Below the pieces are notes generated by a model that searched no databases, was not told where the DNA came from, and was given only the letters and a program-made list of their open reading frames with translations. From NCBI GenBank assembly GCA_049518655.1, contig JBEKRO010000025.1, forward strand, positions 2,164 through 66,163: a stretch of DNA of 64,000 nt, given 5' to 3'. This document shows positions 53,544 through 62,250 of the stretch, piece after piece. The stretch is from Bryobacteraceae bacterium (GTDB taxonomy: Bacteria; Acidobacteriota; Terriglobia; Bryobacterales; Bryobacteraceae). Numbering within the stretch: position 1 is the first letter of the stretch; each line of letters starts with the position of its first letter. The position numbers and the translations under genes are program-made.

Positions 53544-54782
53544 GCCGATCTTCACATCCATCAACTGATTCCGCTCGCGCCGGGCAGCCAGTTCCACTTT
53601 CAGGAAGTTGTCCGAGAGCGCGCCGTCGCTCAGCGTCACCACCGACAGCGTGCGGCCCAGCATCCGGCGGCGAAATTCTAAATTCTTCGCGGCAGCCAGT
53701 TCGCGCAGCACTCGATTGCGTTCTCGCCGCAGTTCCATGGGCACCTGGTCGCTCGCTGCCGCCGGAGTTCCCGGCCGTTCCGAATAAGTGAACACGTGCA
53801 GGTAGGTGAAGGGCAGGCTCTGGATGAACGCGCGCGTTTCTTCGAACTCGGCATCGGTCTCGCCCGGGAAGCCGGCCATCACATCGGCCCCGATAGCCGC
53901 ATCCGGCATGCTCGCGCGCGCTTTCAAGATCCTGTCCTCATAATGCCGCGGCCGGTATTTGCGATACATGCGACGCAGCACGCGATCGGACCCCGATTGC
54001 AAGGGCGCGTGTATGTGCTTGGCGATACGTGCCGACGTTGCCACCAGGCCCAGCAAATCGTCGCTCCAATCCATCGGTTCTACCGAACTGAGACGCAAGC
54101 GCTCGACCGGGGTCTCGTCCAAAATACGGCGGATCAGGTCTGCCAAACGCAGTGAGCTGCCCGGCTCTCGTCCCCAGCGGCCGAGATTGATACCGCTCAG
54201 CACCACCTCGCGATAGCGCACTGCCAGCTCGCGCACTTGCCCAATCACTTGATCGGCTGGAGCGCTACGGCTGGCTCCACGCACGAAGGGGATGATGCAG
54301 AATGAGCAGCGGTTATTGCAGCCGTCCTGGATTTTGAGGTTGGGCCGCGTGCGATCGCCGGCGGCAGCTTCGACAGACGGGGAGAGGAAATCGCAGTGAG
54401 AGAAAATATCGCCGACGCGAATTTGTCCGTGATAGGGGGCTTCAGATTCCGTGACGATGTCCGGAATTTGTGCCTTATGCGAATTCCCTACCACCCAGTA
54501 GACGCCCGGTAATACTGCCAATTCTTCAGGCGCGCGCTGCGCGTAGCAACCTGTCACCAGGATGCGCGCGTCGGGATTCTCGCGATGCACGCGATGGATG
54601 GTGTTGCGGACGTCTTCATCGGCCAAAGAGGTGACGGTGCAGGTATTTAGCACCACGAGCTGAGCTTCGGACGACGTCGCCGCCGGATTCAGACCCTCTT
54701 GGAGCAGCGCCGATTCGATCGCCGCACCGTCGGCTTGCGACGCCCGGCACCCGAAACTGTGCAGGTGAAAGCTCGGCACCAT
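53493..54782 (-). CDS. mtaB: radical SAM methylthiotransferase, MtaB-like
   Basis: N-terminal UPF0004 Cys pattern (FGCRASQ, LNTCTVT, VTGCYAQ). Radical SAM motif CNNRCSFCIIP. C-terminal TRAM-like region. Confidence 0.8.
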   Translation of the reverse strand: MVPSFHLHSFGCRASQADGAAIESALLQEGLNPAATSSEAQLVVLNTCTVTSLADEDVRNTIHRVHRENPDARILVTGCYAQRAPEELAVLPGVYWVVGNSHKAQIPDIVTESEAPYHGQIRVGDIFSHCDFLSPSVEAAAGDRTRPNLKIQDGCNNRCSFCIIPFVRGASRSAPADQVIGQVRELAVRYREVVLSGINLGRWGREPGSSLRLADLIRRILDETPVERLRLSSVEPMDWSDDLLGLVATSARIAKHIHAPLQSGSDRVLRRMYRKYRPRHYEDRILKARASMPDAAIGADVMAGFPGETDAEFEETRAFIQSLPFTYLHVFTYSERPGTPAAASDQVPMELRRERNRVLRELAAAKNLEFRRRMLGRTLSVVTLSDGALSDNFLKVELAARRERNQLMDVKIGSVTAAGLREDGGFTVI

Positions 54783-54874
54783 CCGATTTTAGCAGCCGCT
54801 TCCCGCTTTCAACTTTCGCGCCGCCCTTGTAAAGAAACGGCGAACCGCGCCGATGGACAAATGGGAAACCAGAT

Positions 54875-55834
54875 ATGGTAGATCGCGTTCTTTCGCAGGA
54901 GGAGATCGATGATGTCTTTCGCAACCTCCGCGATGCGCCGGTAGAAGAAGATCCAGGGCTCCGCGCCGAACCATACGACTTTCGTCGTCCGGACCGCATT
55001 GCCAAAGATCAGCTCCGCGCGATTCACATGCTGCACGAGAATTTCGCGCGCAGCCTGGCGTCCAGCCTCTCGGCCTACTTGCGTGCCTACGTCGCTGTGA
55101 ATTTGGTATCGGTGGAGCAGCTCTCTTTCGTCGAGTTCTCGCAGGCGCTGCCTTCGCCCACCTGTCTGGTTTCGTTGGGAATGCAGCCCTACGAAGGAAA
55201 CGCGGTTCTGGAAATGAACCCGGCGCTGGTCTTTCCCATCTTCGAGATGCTGCTGGGCGGCGCCGCCAAATCCCTGACCAAGATCAATCGCGAGATTACC
55301 GAGATCGAGCAAAGCGTGCTGGACGGGCTGTTTCGCATCACGCTGAACGACCTGAAAACCGCCTGGCACGCGGTAACCCCGCTCGAGTTCGAGATCGAAT
55401 CGCATGAAACTGAGCCTGGCCTGTTGCGGATCCTGGCTCCCAACGAAGCCGTGGTCGCGGTCAGCATGGAAGTGCGGATTGGCGAGAACGCGGGGATGAT
55501 GAACATCGGCATCCCCTCGATTGTCGTCAAGATGCTGCGCAACAAGTTTGACCAGCAATGGTCGGTGCGTAAAAGCCAATCCACCGAACAGGAGCAAACC
55601 CGCATTCTTCACCTGATCCGGACCTCGCGGATGTGGCTGGATGGCCGTCTGCGCGGACCCACCTTGAGTGTCGGGGATCTGATGGACTTGAAAGTAGACG
55701 ACGTGCTGGCTTTTGATTTCGGGGTGGGGCGGCTGCTCGATCTCACCATTAACGGAGAACACAAGTTCGCTGGACGCATCGTAACGGCTGGAAACAAGCG
55801 GGGGTTTCAGATCGAGGAAGCCGTGAAGCCGTAG
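54875..55834 (+). CDS. fliM: flagellar motor switch protein FliM-like
   Basis: N-terminal LSQEEIDDVF peptide. FliM middle-domain motifs: PYDFRRPDRI, HENFARSLASSLSAYLR, NPALVFPIFEMLLGG. C-terminal SpoA/FliN-like domain. Confidence 0.8.
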   Translation: MVDRVLSQEEIDDVFRNLRDAPVEEDPGLRAEPYDFRRPDRIAKDQLRAIHMLHENFARSLASSLSAYLRAYVAVNLVSVEQLSFVEFSQALPSPTCLVSLGMQPYEGNAVLEMNPALVFPIFEMLLGGAAKSLTKINREITEIEQSVLDGLFRITLNDLKTAWHAVTPLEFEIESHETEPGLLRILAPNEAVVAVSMEVRIGENAGMMNIGIPSIVVKMLRNKFDQQWSVRKSQSTEQEQTRILHLIRTSRMWLDGRLRGPTLSVGDLMDLKVDDVLAFDFGVGRLLDLTINGEHKFAGRIVTAGNKRGFQIEEAVKP

Positions 55835-55835
55835 T

Positions 55836-55962
55836 TCAGAAGTCAGAAGTCAGAATTCAGAAGTCAGAATTCAGAATTCAGAATTCGGAGGTGAACATAG
55901 AGCGGTCGCTGACTTCATTCTGGATTCTGACTTCTGAATTCAGAATTCTGACTTGAATTCTC
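55836..55962. repeat. imperfect inverted repeat whose arms are tandem TCAGAAG/TCAGAAT heptamers (likely bidirectional terminator)
   Basis: The left arm has 7-8 heptamers (55836-55887). The right arm holds the complementary units (55909-55962). It has multiple GAATTC palindromes. It fills the whole gap between convergent fliM and the MBOAT gene. Confidence 0.8.
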
Positions 55963-55965
55963 CCC

Positions 55966-57363
55966 CTAGAACTGAAAATAGACGAACGGGACGGCAGCTT
56001 CTGTAAACCCGATCAATTCCACCGAGAGAAGCAGGATCGCGCAAACTGCGCCATAGGCCCACGCTGGTCCGAGCGTCAACTTCTCAAACCAGTCCTTCTT
56101 TTCCTCGAACAGCGCCAGCAGCAGCGTCATCAACGCCAGCTCCATTTGCCACAGCGGGATCAGCAATCGTCCATCCGGAACGAAGAACATCTGATGCAGC
56201 ACGTACAGGCTGTCGTGGAACGTCGTTGCGCGGAAGAATACCCAGCCGATCATCACCAGACCGAAAGTGATGGCGGCCTGCAGCGGATAGAACATCGTCC
56301 AGCGCGCCGGTTCGGCTGATCGTTTGCCCCGAAAGATACGCTCGAAACTCAGCAGCGCTCCGTGATAGCCGCCCCACACCACAAAGTTCCAACTGGCTCC
56401 ATGCCATAGGCCGCCCAGCAGCATGGTGAGCATGAGGTTCGCGTAGGTCCGGAAACGGCCGCGCCGATTACCGCCCAGTGGAATGTAGAGATAATCACGC
56501 AGCCAGCGCGACAGCGAAATGTGCCAGCGGTGCCAGAAGTCCGTAATGCTGGATGCCAGATAAGGCCGCCGAAAGTTGATCGGGAAATGGAAACCCAGCA
56601 GCTTCGCCATTCCAATTGCCATGTCCGTGTAACCGGAGAAATCGAAATAGATCTGGATGCCGAACGCGATCACAGCGGACCAGGCCGCCACCGCTCCGGT
56701 CTCCCTGCTGACGTCCCGAAAGTAGCCATTCGCGATTTGCGCGAACTGATCGGCCATCACCATTTTCTTGGCCAAGCCAAGGAAGAGGAGCAACAATCCA
56801 CGCAGCACATCGTCGGAAGAGGGCCGCCGCCAATGATAAAGATCGCCGAAGAATTCACGGGCGCGCACAATGGGCCCGGCGACCAGCTGAGGGAAGAACG
56901 AAATGAACAGCGCGTAATCGATGGGGTTGGTGATCGGTTCCTGCTCCTCGCGATAGACGTCGATCACGTAAGACATGCTCTGGAAGGTGTGAAAGCTGAT
57001 TCCCAAGGGAAGAATGATGCTCAGCGCAAACGCTCCGGAGGGCTCATGGAGCAGATGTCCGATATTGGCGGCGAAGAAATTGTAGTACTTGAAGAACCCC
57101 AGCAGACCGAGATTGGCCGCCAGGCTGACGACCAACGCAACCTTGCGCGAACGCGGCGACTCGGTCCGCGAGATCCAGCGCGCGGCCGTGTAATCGATGG
57201 CCGTGAGAGACACCAGCAGCAAAATGAACTTCGGAATGAAGCTCATATAGAAGAAATAGCTGGCTGCCAGAAGGGTGTATTTTCGCCAGGAGCGCGGCGC
57301 GGTGTAAAAGAGGATCAGGACGATGGCGAGAAATGCGAAGAACTGCGGAGTGTTGAACAGCAT
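55966..57363 (-). CDS. MBOAT-family O-acyltransferase (AlgI/DltB-like)
   Basis: Multi-pass membrane protein. Conserved FWHRWHISLSRWLRDYLYIPLGGNR with the catalytic His. Confidence 0.85.
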   Translation of the reverse strand: MLFNTPQFFAFLAIVLILFYTAPRSWRKYTLLAASYFFYMSFIPKFILLLVSLTAIDYTAARWISRTESPRSRKVALVVSLAANLGLLGFFKYYNFFAANIGHLLHEPSGAFALSIILPLGISFHTFQSMSYVIDVYREEQEPITNPIDYALFISFFPQLVAGPIVRAREFFGDLYHWRRPSSDDVLRGLLLLFLGLAKKMVMADQFAQIANGYFRDVSRETGAVAAWSAVIAFGIQIYFDFSGYTDMAIGMAKLLGFHFPINFRRPYLASSITDFWHRWHISLSRWLRDYLYIPLGGNRRGRFRTYANLMLTMLLGGLWHGASWNFVVWGGYHGALLSFERIFRGKRSAEPARWTMFYPLQAAITFGLVMIGWVFFRATTFHDSLYVLHQMFFVPDGRLLIPLWQMELALMTLLLALFEEKKDWFEKLTLGPAWAYGAVCAILLLSVELIGFTEAAVPFVYFQF

Positions 57364-57382
57364 GGGCTAGGACATCATGATT

Positions 57383-58564
57383 TCAAGGCTGGGGGGGGCC
57401 CAGAACTCGCTCCACCGCTGTGGCAAGAGCCCTGGAAAACTGCTCCATCCCATCGCGGTTCATATGCCAGCCGTCCCAGAACAGATCGGGATGCTCCAGT
57501 TGATCGAACAAGTGCTCATTGAGGACCACTACGTTCGGCTGCGACGCGATCCCCCGTATCGCGCTGTCCAGTTTGGGCGGCTCGTCGGGCGGAGACAGCG
57601 GTGCGCGCGGCACGCGGATAAAGATCAGTTTCGTGCCCGAGCGGCGGTAATAATCGATAATTCGCCCATACCAATAGCGTAAATAAGCGGTCTCACGGCC
57701 TTCGCCGGGCCGCAGTGCTGGAAACAACATGGCTTCGATTTGGTTGCGCTCGCTGGATGTAATCCGGTCGGGAACCTGGATCGTTTGGTGCTGCCAATCG
57801 ATCCGCAACCCAGCGAGATTCTTATCGCTGCCGCCGTAGACGTAATACCAGCCTGCCGAATCGTGATCGTAATAACGCGCTTTCGCGATGCGTTTGAGGG
57901 GGTGATCCAGAAATTCAATAAAATCTCGCTTGTACACCGTCCCTTTGAGGATCATGCCCCGCACGATCACCCATTGCAGCCTTTTGTCCCGGTAAGTCCA
58001 CGGGAATTCGCCGAGGTCGCGAAGTCCCACTCGGCCGATCAGGTAGTGCAGGTCCGTCTCGCGTTCAGACTGGTAATCGAAATTATCCGGTTCGTTGTAG
58101 TCGGCACTGGGAATCACGATCGCGGCGTAGTTGCTGGCGTTGGGATCCACGGCGCGGAGTGCGTAATACCACGTGCGCGGCGAGGTTCCACCCAACGCAA
58201 TGGAAGCGAACGTATAACCGCTCCCCGCCTCATTCACGACGCGCGGCAGAAGCGGCATGCGCGAGTCTCCCACCGCGAGCACCTGATTGCGATTGAGCTT
58301 TGGCCGCCGGATCTCGTTGCGCAACTGGAGCTCCATAAAACCAGTCGTCGAGTCCGGTTCGACGATGGACGAATAAAGCCCGCTGTGGAATAGAATGCCT
58401 TCGAACGCGGTGAAGAAAACAATCGTTGCGAGAATGCGAGTCCAGACGGAGCGAGGGGATGGCTGCGTTGTGGAAGAACTTGCCAATAAGCCATCCAGTA
58501 TAGCGATTCTCTTGCCACGCAAGAACTGCTGATAACAGGTCAAGCCGGGCTGGCTGAAGCTCAT
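57383..58564 (-). CDS. SGNH/DltD-like partner protein of the MBOAT acyltransferase
   Basis: One TM segment. GDS-type motif LAVGDSR. C-terminal DGWHMN (DxxH). It lies directly upstream of the MBOAT gene. ATG at 58564 is preferred. Confidence 0.6.
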   Translation of the reverse strand: MSFSQPGLTCYQQFLRGKRIAILDGLLASSSTTQPSPRSVWTRILATIVFFTAFEGILFHSGLYSSIVEPDSTTGFMELQLRNEIRRPKLNRNQVLAVGDSRMPLLPRVVNEAGSGYTFASIALGGTSPRTWYYALRAVDPNASNYAAIVIPSADYNEPDNFDYQSERETDLHYLIGRVGLRDLGEFPWTYRDKRLQWVIVRGMILKGTVYKRDFIEFLDHPLKRIAKARYYDHDSAGWYYVYGGSDKNLAGLRIDWQHQTIQVPDRITSSERNQIEAMLFPALRPGEGRETAYLRYWYGRIIDYYRRSGTKLIFIRVPRAPLSPPDEPPKLDSAIRGIASQPNVVVLNEHLFDQLEHPDLFWDGWHMNRDGMEQFSRALATAVERVLGPPQP

Positions 58565-58677
58565 GTGTCTGTACCGGAAATGCTTCTTGCTCGTGTCGCT
58601 TCGACACACTCCTACACACCGGCTCGCCGAAAAGCTTGCACCGGCGCATGGCAGCGCACGTGCCTGTTTTTAGACAT

Positions 58678-60816
58678 ATGAAGCTCCTTGTGCTCTGGCT
58701 CCTGCTGATGGGGCCGGTATTAGCGGACGACTATACGAGCTACATCGGAGATACGCATCCAGGGACGCCCGTCCCGTTCGGACAGGCGCCGATCGCCGAC
58801 GTCGTCGTGACGGCCATGGCCACCGACGCCGCCGGCAACACCTACCTCACCGGAGGCCGCATCTCGATGAAGGCTACTCAGTACGTACCCGATCCTCCGA
58901 TGTACGTGTTCGTCACCAAAGTGGGCCCGGCGGGCCAGGTCGTTTTTACCAGGTATTTCGGCGGTAATGGATCGGACCAGGGGACCGCAATCGCACTCGA
59001 TCCGGCGGGCGATATTTACGTGGCAGGTTCGGTCACGTCCACCGATTTCGTTTTGAGCAACGCTCTTCAAACGGGTCCAGGGAGCAGCTTTATCGTGAAG
59101 CTGAGCCCGGACGGAAATACGGTACTCTATTCCAGCTACTTCGGCGGTGCTCTAGGCCAGACGTCCGTGGCAGGGCTGGCAACCGACGCGAAGGGAAACC
59201 TATACTTGACCGGAACAACCGACGCAACGGATTTTCCGGCTACCGTCGGCGGGCCGCTGAGCGGTATTGGCCTTCTGAAGAATTTCGCCTTCGTATCGGA
59301 GATAGATTCAACAGGCGACAAGCTCTTGTATTCCCTGGCGATCGGCGGCAGCGCGGTGACGTGCGCGCCGGGGATATTTTGCGGGGACGCGGTGGCTGGG
59401 ACCGCCGGCGCGGCAATCGCTGTAGACAGCGCGGGTAACGCATACGTGGCTGGCAATTCGAATACAACCGATCTTCCGACCACCCCGGGAGTGCTGACGC
59501 CGCAGGGCGTAGGCGCGTTTGTGATGAAAATCCAAGCGGGCGGCGCCGGTCTCGCTTACCTGACATACATTGGTTCCGCAAACTATTTCGTTTATCCTGG
59601 CGCCAACGCCGTGAGGGCAATCGCAGTGGATTCGGGCGGCAACGCGTACCTCGCGGGCGCCACCAATGACCCGAAGTTTCCTGCGACCTCCGGCGCTTTC
59701 CAAACGACGCTGGCAGGCTCTTCCGGCTCCGGCTCGCAGGCCGTGCCGCCGACCGATGCGTTCGCGGCAAAGTTGTCACCGGACGGCAGTCACATGATCT
59801 GGGCGACCTACGTAGGAGGGAGTGGAGCAGACATGGCCCAGTCGATGGCGGTGGATGCGAACCAAGACGTATGGATGACAGGGACAACCATGTCGCCCGA
59901 TTTTCCTAACGCCGACGGTTGGTCGCAGGGCGGCGATTTTCTGGTGCAAGTAAGCTCGTCGGGAACCGCGCTCTCCTATGCGGCGCGATATCCGAACCAG
60001 ACGGTAGCTCAAGCCGTCGGAGTGGACTCGACCACCGGACTGATCCATGTCGCGGGGCCCACCGGAATCATAGCGGGGATCGCACCGGGGAAAGCGCCCA
60101 CCATGAGCGCGTTCGGCATCGCCAATGCGGCGGGCAGTGAAACGTCGGGACGGGTTGCTATTGCTGAAGCGATCTCGATCTTCGGACCGCACATCGGCCC
60201 CGCCAGCCCGGTGACGGCGGTCCTGGACAGCCAGGGTGCGCTGCCCACCACGCTCGGCGGTGTTCAAGTGTCGTTCGCCGGAACGAACGCTCCCCTCCTC
60301 TACGTATCCGATGGGCAAATCAATGCGATCGTACCGCCCATCAACCAGCCTGCAACGGTCACCATCGCCAACGCGACCAATACGAGTCCCGGTTTCCCGG
60401 TTGTGATCACGGAGGCTCTTCCGCAGGTTTTCCGCAACGCCGATGGATCCGCGATCGCGTTGAATCAGGATGGGTCGCTCAATTCGCAGCAGAAGCAGAA
60501 CCCCGCTCCACTCGGCAGCATCGTGTCCATTTGGTTGACTGGAACCGCCGACTTTCAATCGCCCGTCGGGCAGCTCACCACCAAGGCTGCGAACTCGTGC
60601 AGCCAATGCATGATCGAGTTCTACAGTCCCCAGAGCCCCGAGCCCATCCAACAGGCGTCCGTGCTGTATGCCGGCCCGGCTCCGGGACTGGTGTCCGGCT
60701 TTACTCAAATCAATTTCCAGGTGGAAAGCGGTTACCCTTACCCTACTTCTGCCGGCTTTTACGTCGAAGTGAACGGGTACATGGGCGATCCGTTTTCGGT
60801 GTATGTGACCAATTAG
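58678..60816 (+). CDS. SBBP beta-propeller repeat protein with Solibacter-type C-terminal module
   Basis: Signal peptide MKLLVLWLLLMGPVLA. Repeats of the type YFGG.G.D.G.AIA.D..G..YVAG.T.S.DFP. The C-terminus (LYAGPAPGLVSGFTQINFQV) is TIGR03437-like. Confidence 0.8.
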   Translation: MKLLVLWLLLMGPVLADDYTSYIGDTHPGTPVPFGQAPIADVVVTAMATDAAGNTYLTGGRISMKATQYVPDPPMYVFVTKVGPAGQVVFTRYFGGNGSDQGTAIALDPAGDIYVAGSVTSTDFVLSNALQTGPGSSFIVKLSPDGNTVLYSSYFGGALGQTSVAGLATDAKGNLYLTGTTDATDFPATVGGPLSGIGLLKNFAFVSEIDSTGDKLLYSLAIGGSAVTCAPGIFCGDAVAGTAGAAIAVDSAGNAYVAGNSNTTDLPTTPGVLTPQGVGAFVMKIQAGGAGLAYLTYIGSANYFVYPGANAVRAIAVDSGGNAYLAGATNDPKFPATSGAFQTTLAGSSGSGSQAVPPTDAFAAKLSPDGSHMIWATYVGGSGADMAQSMAVDANQDVWMTGTTMSPDFPNADGWSQGGDFLVQVSSSGTALSYAARYPNQTVAQAVGVDSTTGLIHVAGPTGIIAGIAPGKAPTMSAFGIANAAGSETSGRVAIAEAISIFGPHIGPASPVTAVLDSQGALPTTLGGVQVSFAGTNAPLLYVSDGQINAIVPPINQPATVTIANATNTSPGFPVVITEALPQVFRNADGSAIALNQDGSLNSQQKQNPAPLGSIVSIWLTGTADFQSPVGQLTTKAANSCSQCMIEFYSPQSPEPIQQASVLYAGPAPGLVSGFTQINFQVESGYPYPTSAGFYVEVNGYMGDPFSVYVTN

Positions 60817-60847
60817 CCGAATGAGCTTCGAGGGCGGTCTTTTGAAA

Positions 60848-62179
60848 CTATCGCTTCGCCGCAATGTGATCGATTTCGTCCAAGGCTTCGGCTGCGTAAC
60901 GGGAAGAGTCTGATCCCGTAATCAGGCGCGCGCCCCGATTGAACGTAATATAAAGAAAGCCCCACTGCACGAATACCAACACGCGATTGGAAAACTCCAC
61001 CAGATACATCAAGTGGACGAACAGCCAAGTCAGCCATGCCAGCAGGCCGGACATGTGCAGAGGTCCGATCTGGGCCACCGCCGACGCGCGACCGATCACC
61101 GCCAGGTTGCCTTTGTCGAAATAATGAAAGGGCGGAAGCGGCCGGTCGTTGAGCTGCCGCCGGCGAATGAGCTTCGCCACATACGCGCCCTGCTGCATAG
61201 CCACCTGCGCCACGCCGGGAAGCAGTTTTCTATCTTGCTCGAAGTGCGCCAAATCCCCAATCACGAAAATGCCGGGATGCCCTGGCACGCTGCAGTCGGG
61301 ATTCACCATCACTCGCCCGTTGCGATCGAGTGCCGCTCTCGCGCGCCGCTCCAGTACCCCGGCGAACGATGAGGGGGCAACTCCAGCCGCCCAAACTATG
61401 GTCCGAGCGCCAAACTTACGCTCGATGCCATCCTGCGCCTTCACCGTTACGCTGCGCTCATCGATGTTGGTGACAAACACGCCGGTATGCGTTGTAACCT
61501 TCAGACGCGCCAGCGATGCTTCAGCCTTGGCGGACAAATCTTCCGGATATGTTGGCAGGACGCGCGGTGCACCCTCGATCAGGAAGATGCGCGCCTCTTC
61601 CGGGCGAATCGAACGAAAGTCGTGCCGCAACGTGTCATGAGCGATTTCGGCTAGTGCGCCCGCCAGTTCCACGCCCGTGGGGCCTGCTCCGACGATCGCA
61701 AACGTCAGCCACTCGCGTTGCTTCTCCGGATCGGGCTCGCGCTCGGCAGCCTCAAACGCATAAAGGATCTTGTGCCGGATCTCGGTGGCCTCCTCGATGG
61801 TCTTCAGACTGGGTGCGTTCTGCCGCCAAGCGTCGTGGCCAAAATAGGAATCCGTGGAACCGGTGGCGATAATCAGAGAGTCAAACTCCACCGTCTGCCC
61901 ATCGTCGAGGATTACGCGTTTGAAATCGATGTCAAGATCCCTGGCCTCGCCCAGCAGCACTCGCGTGTTCTTCTGCCGGCGCAACACCGAACGTAGCGGC
62001 GATGCGATCTCACCAGGTGACAGAGCGCCCGTCGCCACCTGATACAGCAGAGGTTGGAACAGATGGAAATTGCGGCGATCCAACAGCGTAACTTGAACCG
62101 GCGCTTTCTTTAAGGCCTTCGCTGCGTACAGCCCGCCAAATCCCCCGCCCAGGATCAGAACGCGATGCTGAGTTTCCAT
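60848..62179 (-). CDS. ndh: type II NADH:quinone oxidoreductase (NDH-2)
   Basis: Two dinucleotide folds, VLILGGGFGGLYAA and FAIVGAGPTGVELAG. GDLA motif. C-terminal membrane-anchoring helices. Confidence 0.8.
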   Translation of the reverse strand: METQHRVLILGGGFGGLYAAKALKKAPVQVTLLDRRNFHLFQPLLYQVATGALSPGEIASPLRSVLRRQKNTRVLLGEARDLDIDFKRVILDDGQTVEFDSLIIATGSTDSYFGHDAWRQNAPSLKTIEEATEIRHKILYAFEAAEREPDPEKQREWLTFAIVGAGPTGVELAGALAEIAHDTLRHDFRSIRPEEARIFLIEGAPRVLPTYPEDLSAKAEASLARLKVTTHTGVFVTNIDERSVTVKAQDGIERKFGARTIVWAAGVAPSSFAGVLERRARAALDRNGRVMVNPDCSVPGHPGIFVIGDLAHFEQDRKLLPGVAQVAMQQGAYVAKLIRRRQLNDRPLPPFHYFDKGNLAVIGRASAVAQIGPLHMSGLLAWLTWLFVHLMYLVEFSNRVLVFVQWGFLYITFNRGARLITGSDSSRYAAEALDEIDHIAAKR

Positions 62180-62250
62180 GGCGCCCTCCTAAATCCATTG
62201 GATGCCATTTCGCGTTCAATTGGTGCACACATGCGATACGCTGAAAGTTC

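Noticed and set aside
54809-55762. 317-aa minus-strand ORF antisense to fliM
   Set aside because: The + frame has clear FliM motifs. The antisense product has no features.
55835-55965. Possible CRISPR array or minisatellite
   Set aside because: The units are only 7 nt with no spacers, and the two halves are reverse complements. It is an inverted repeat or terminator-like element, not a CRISPR array.
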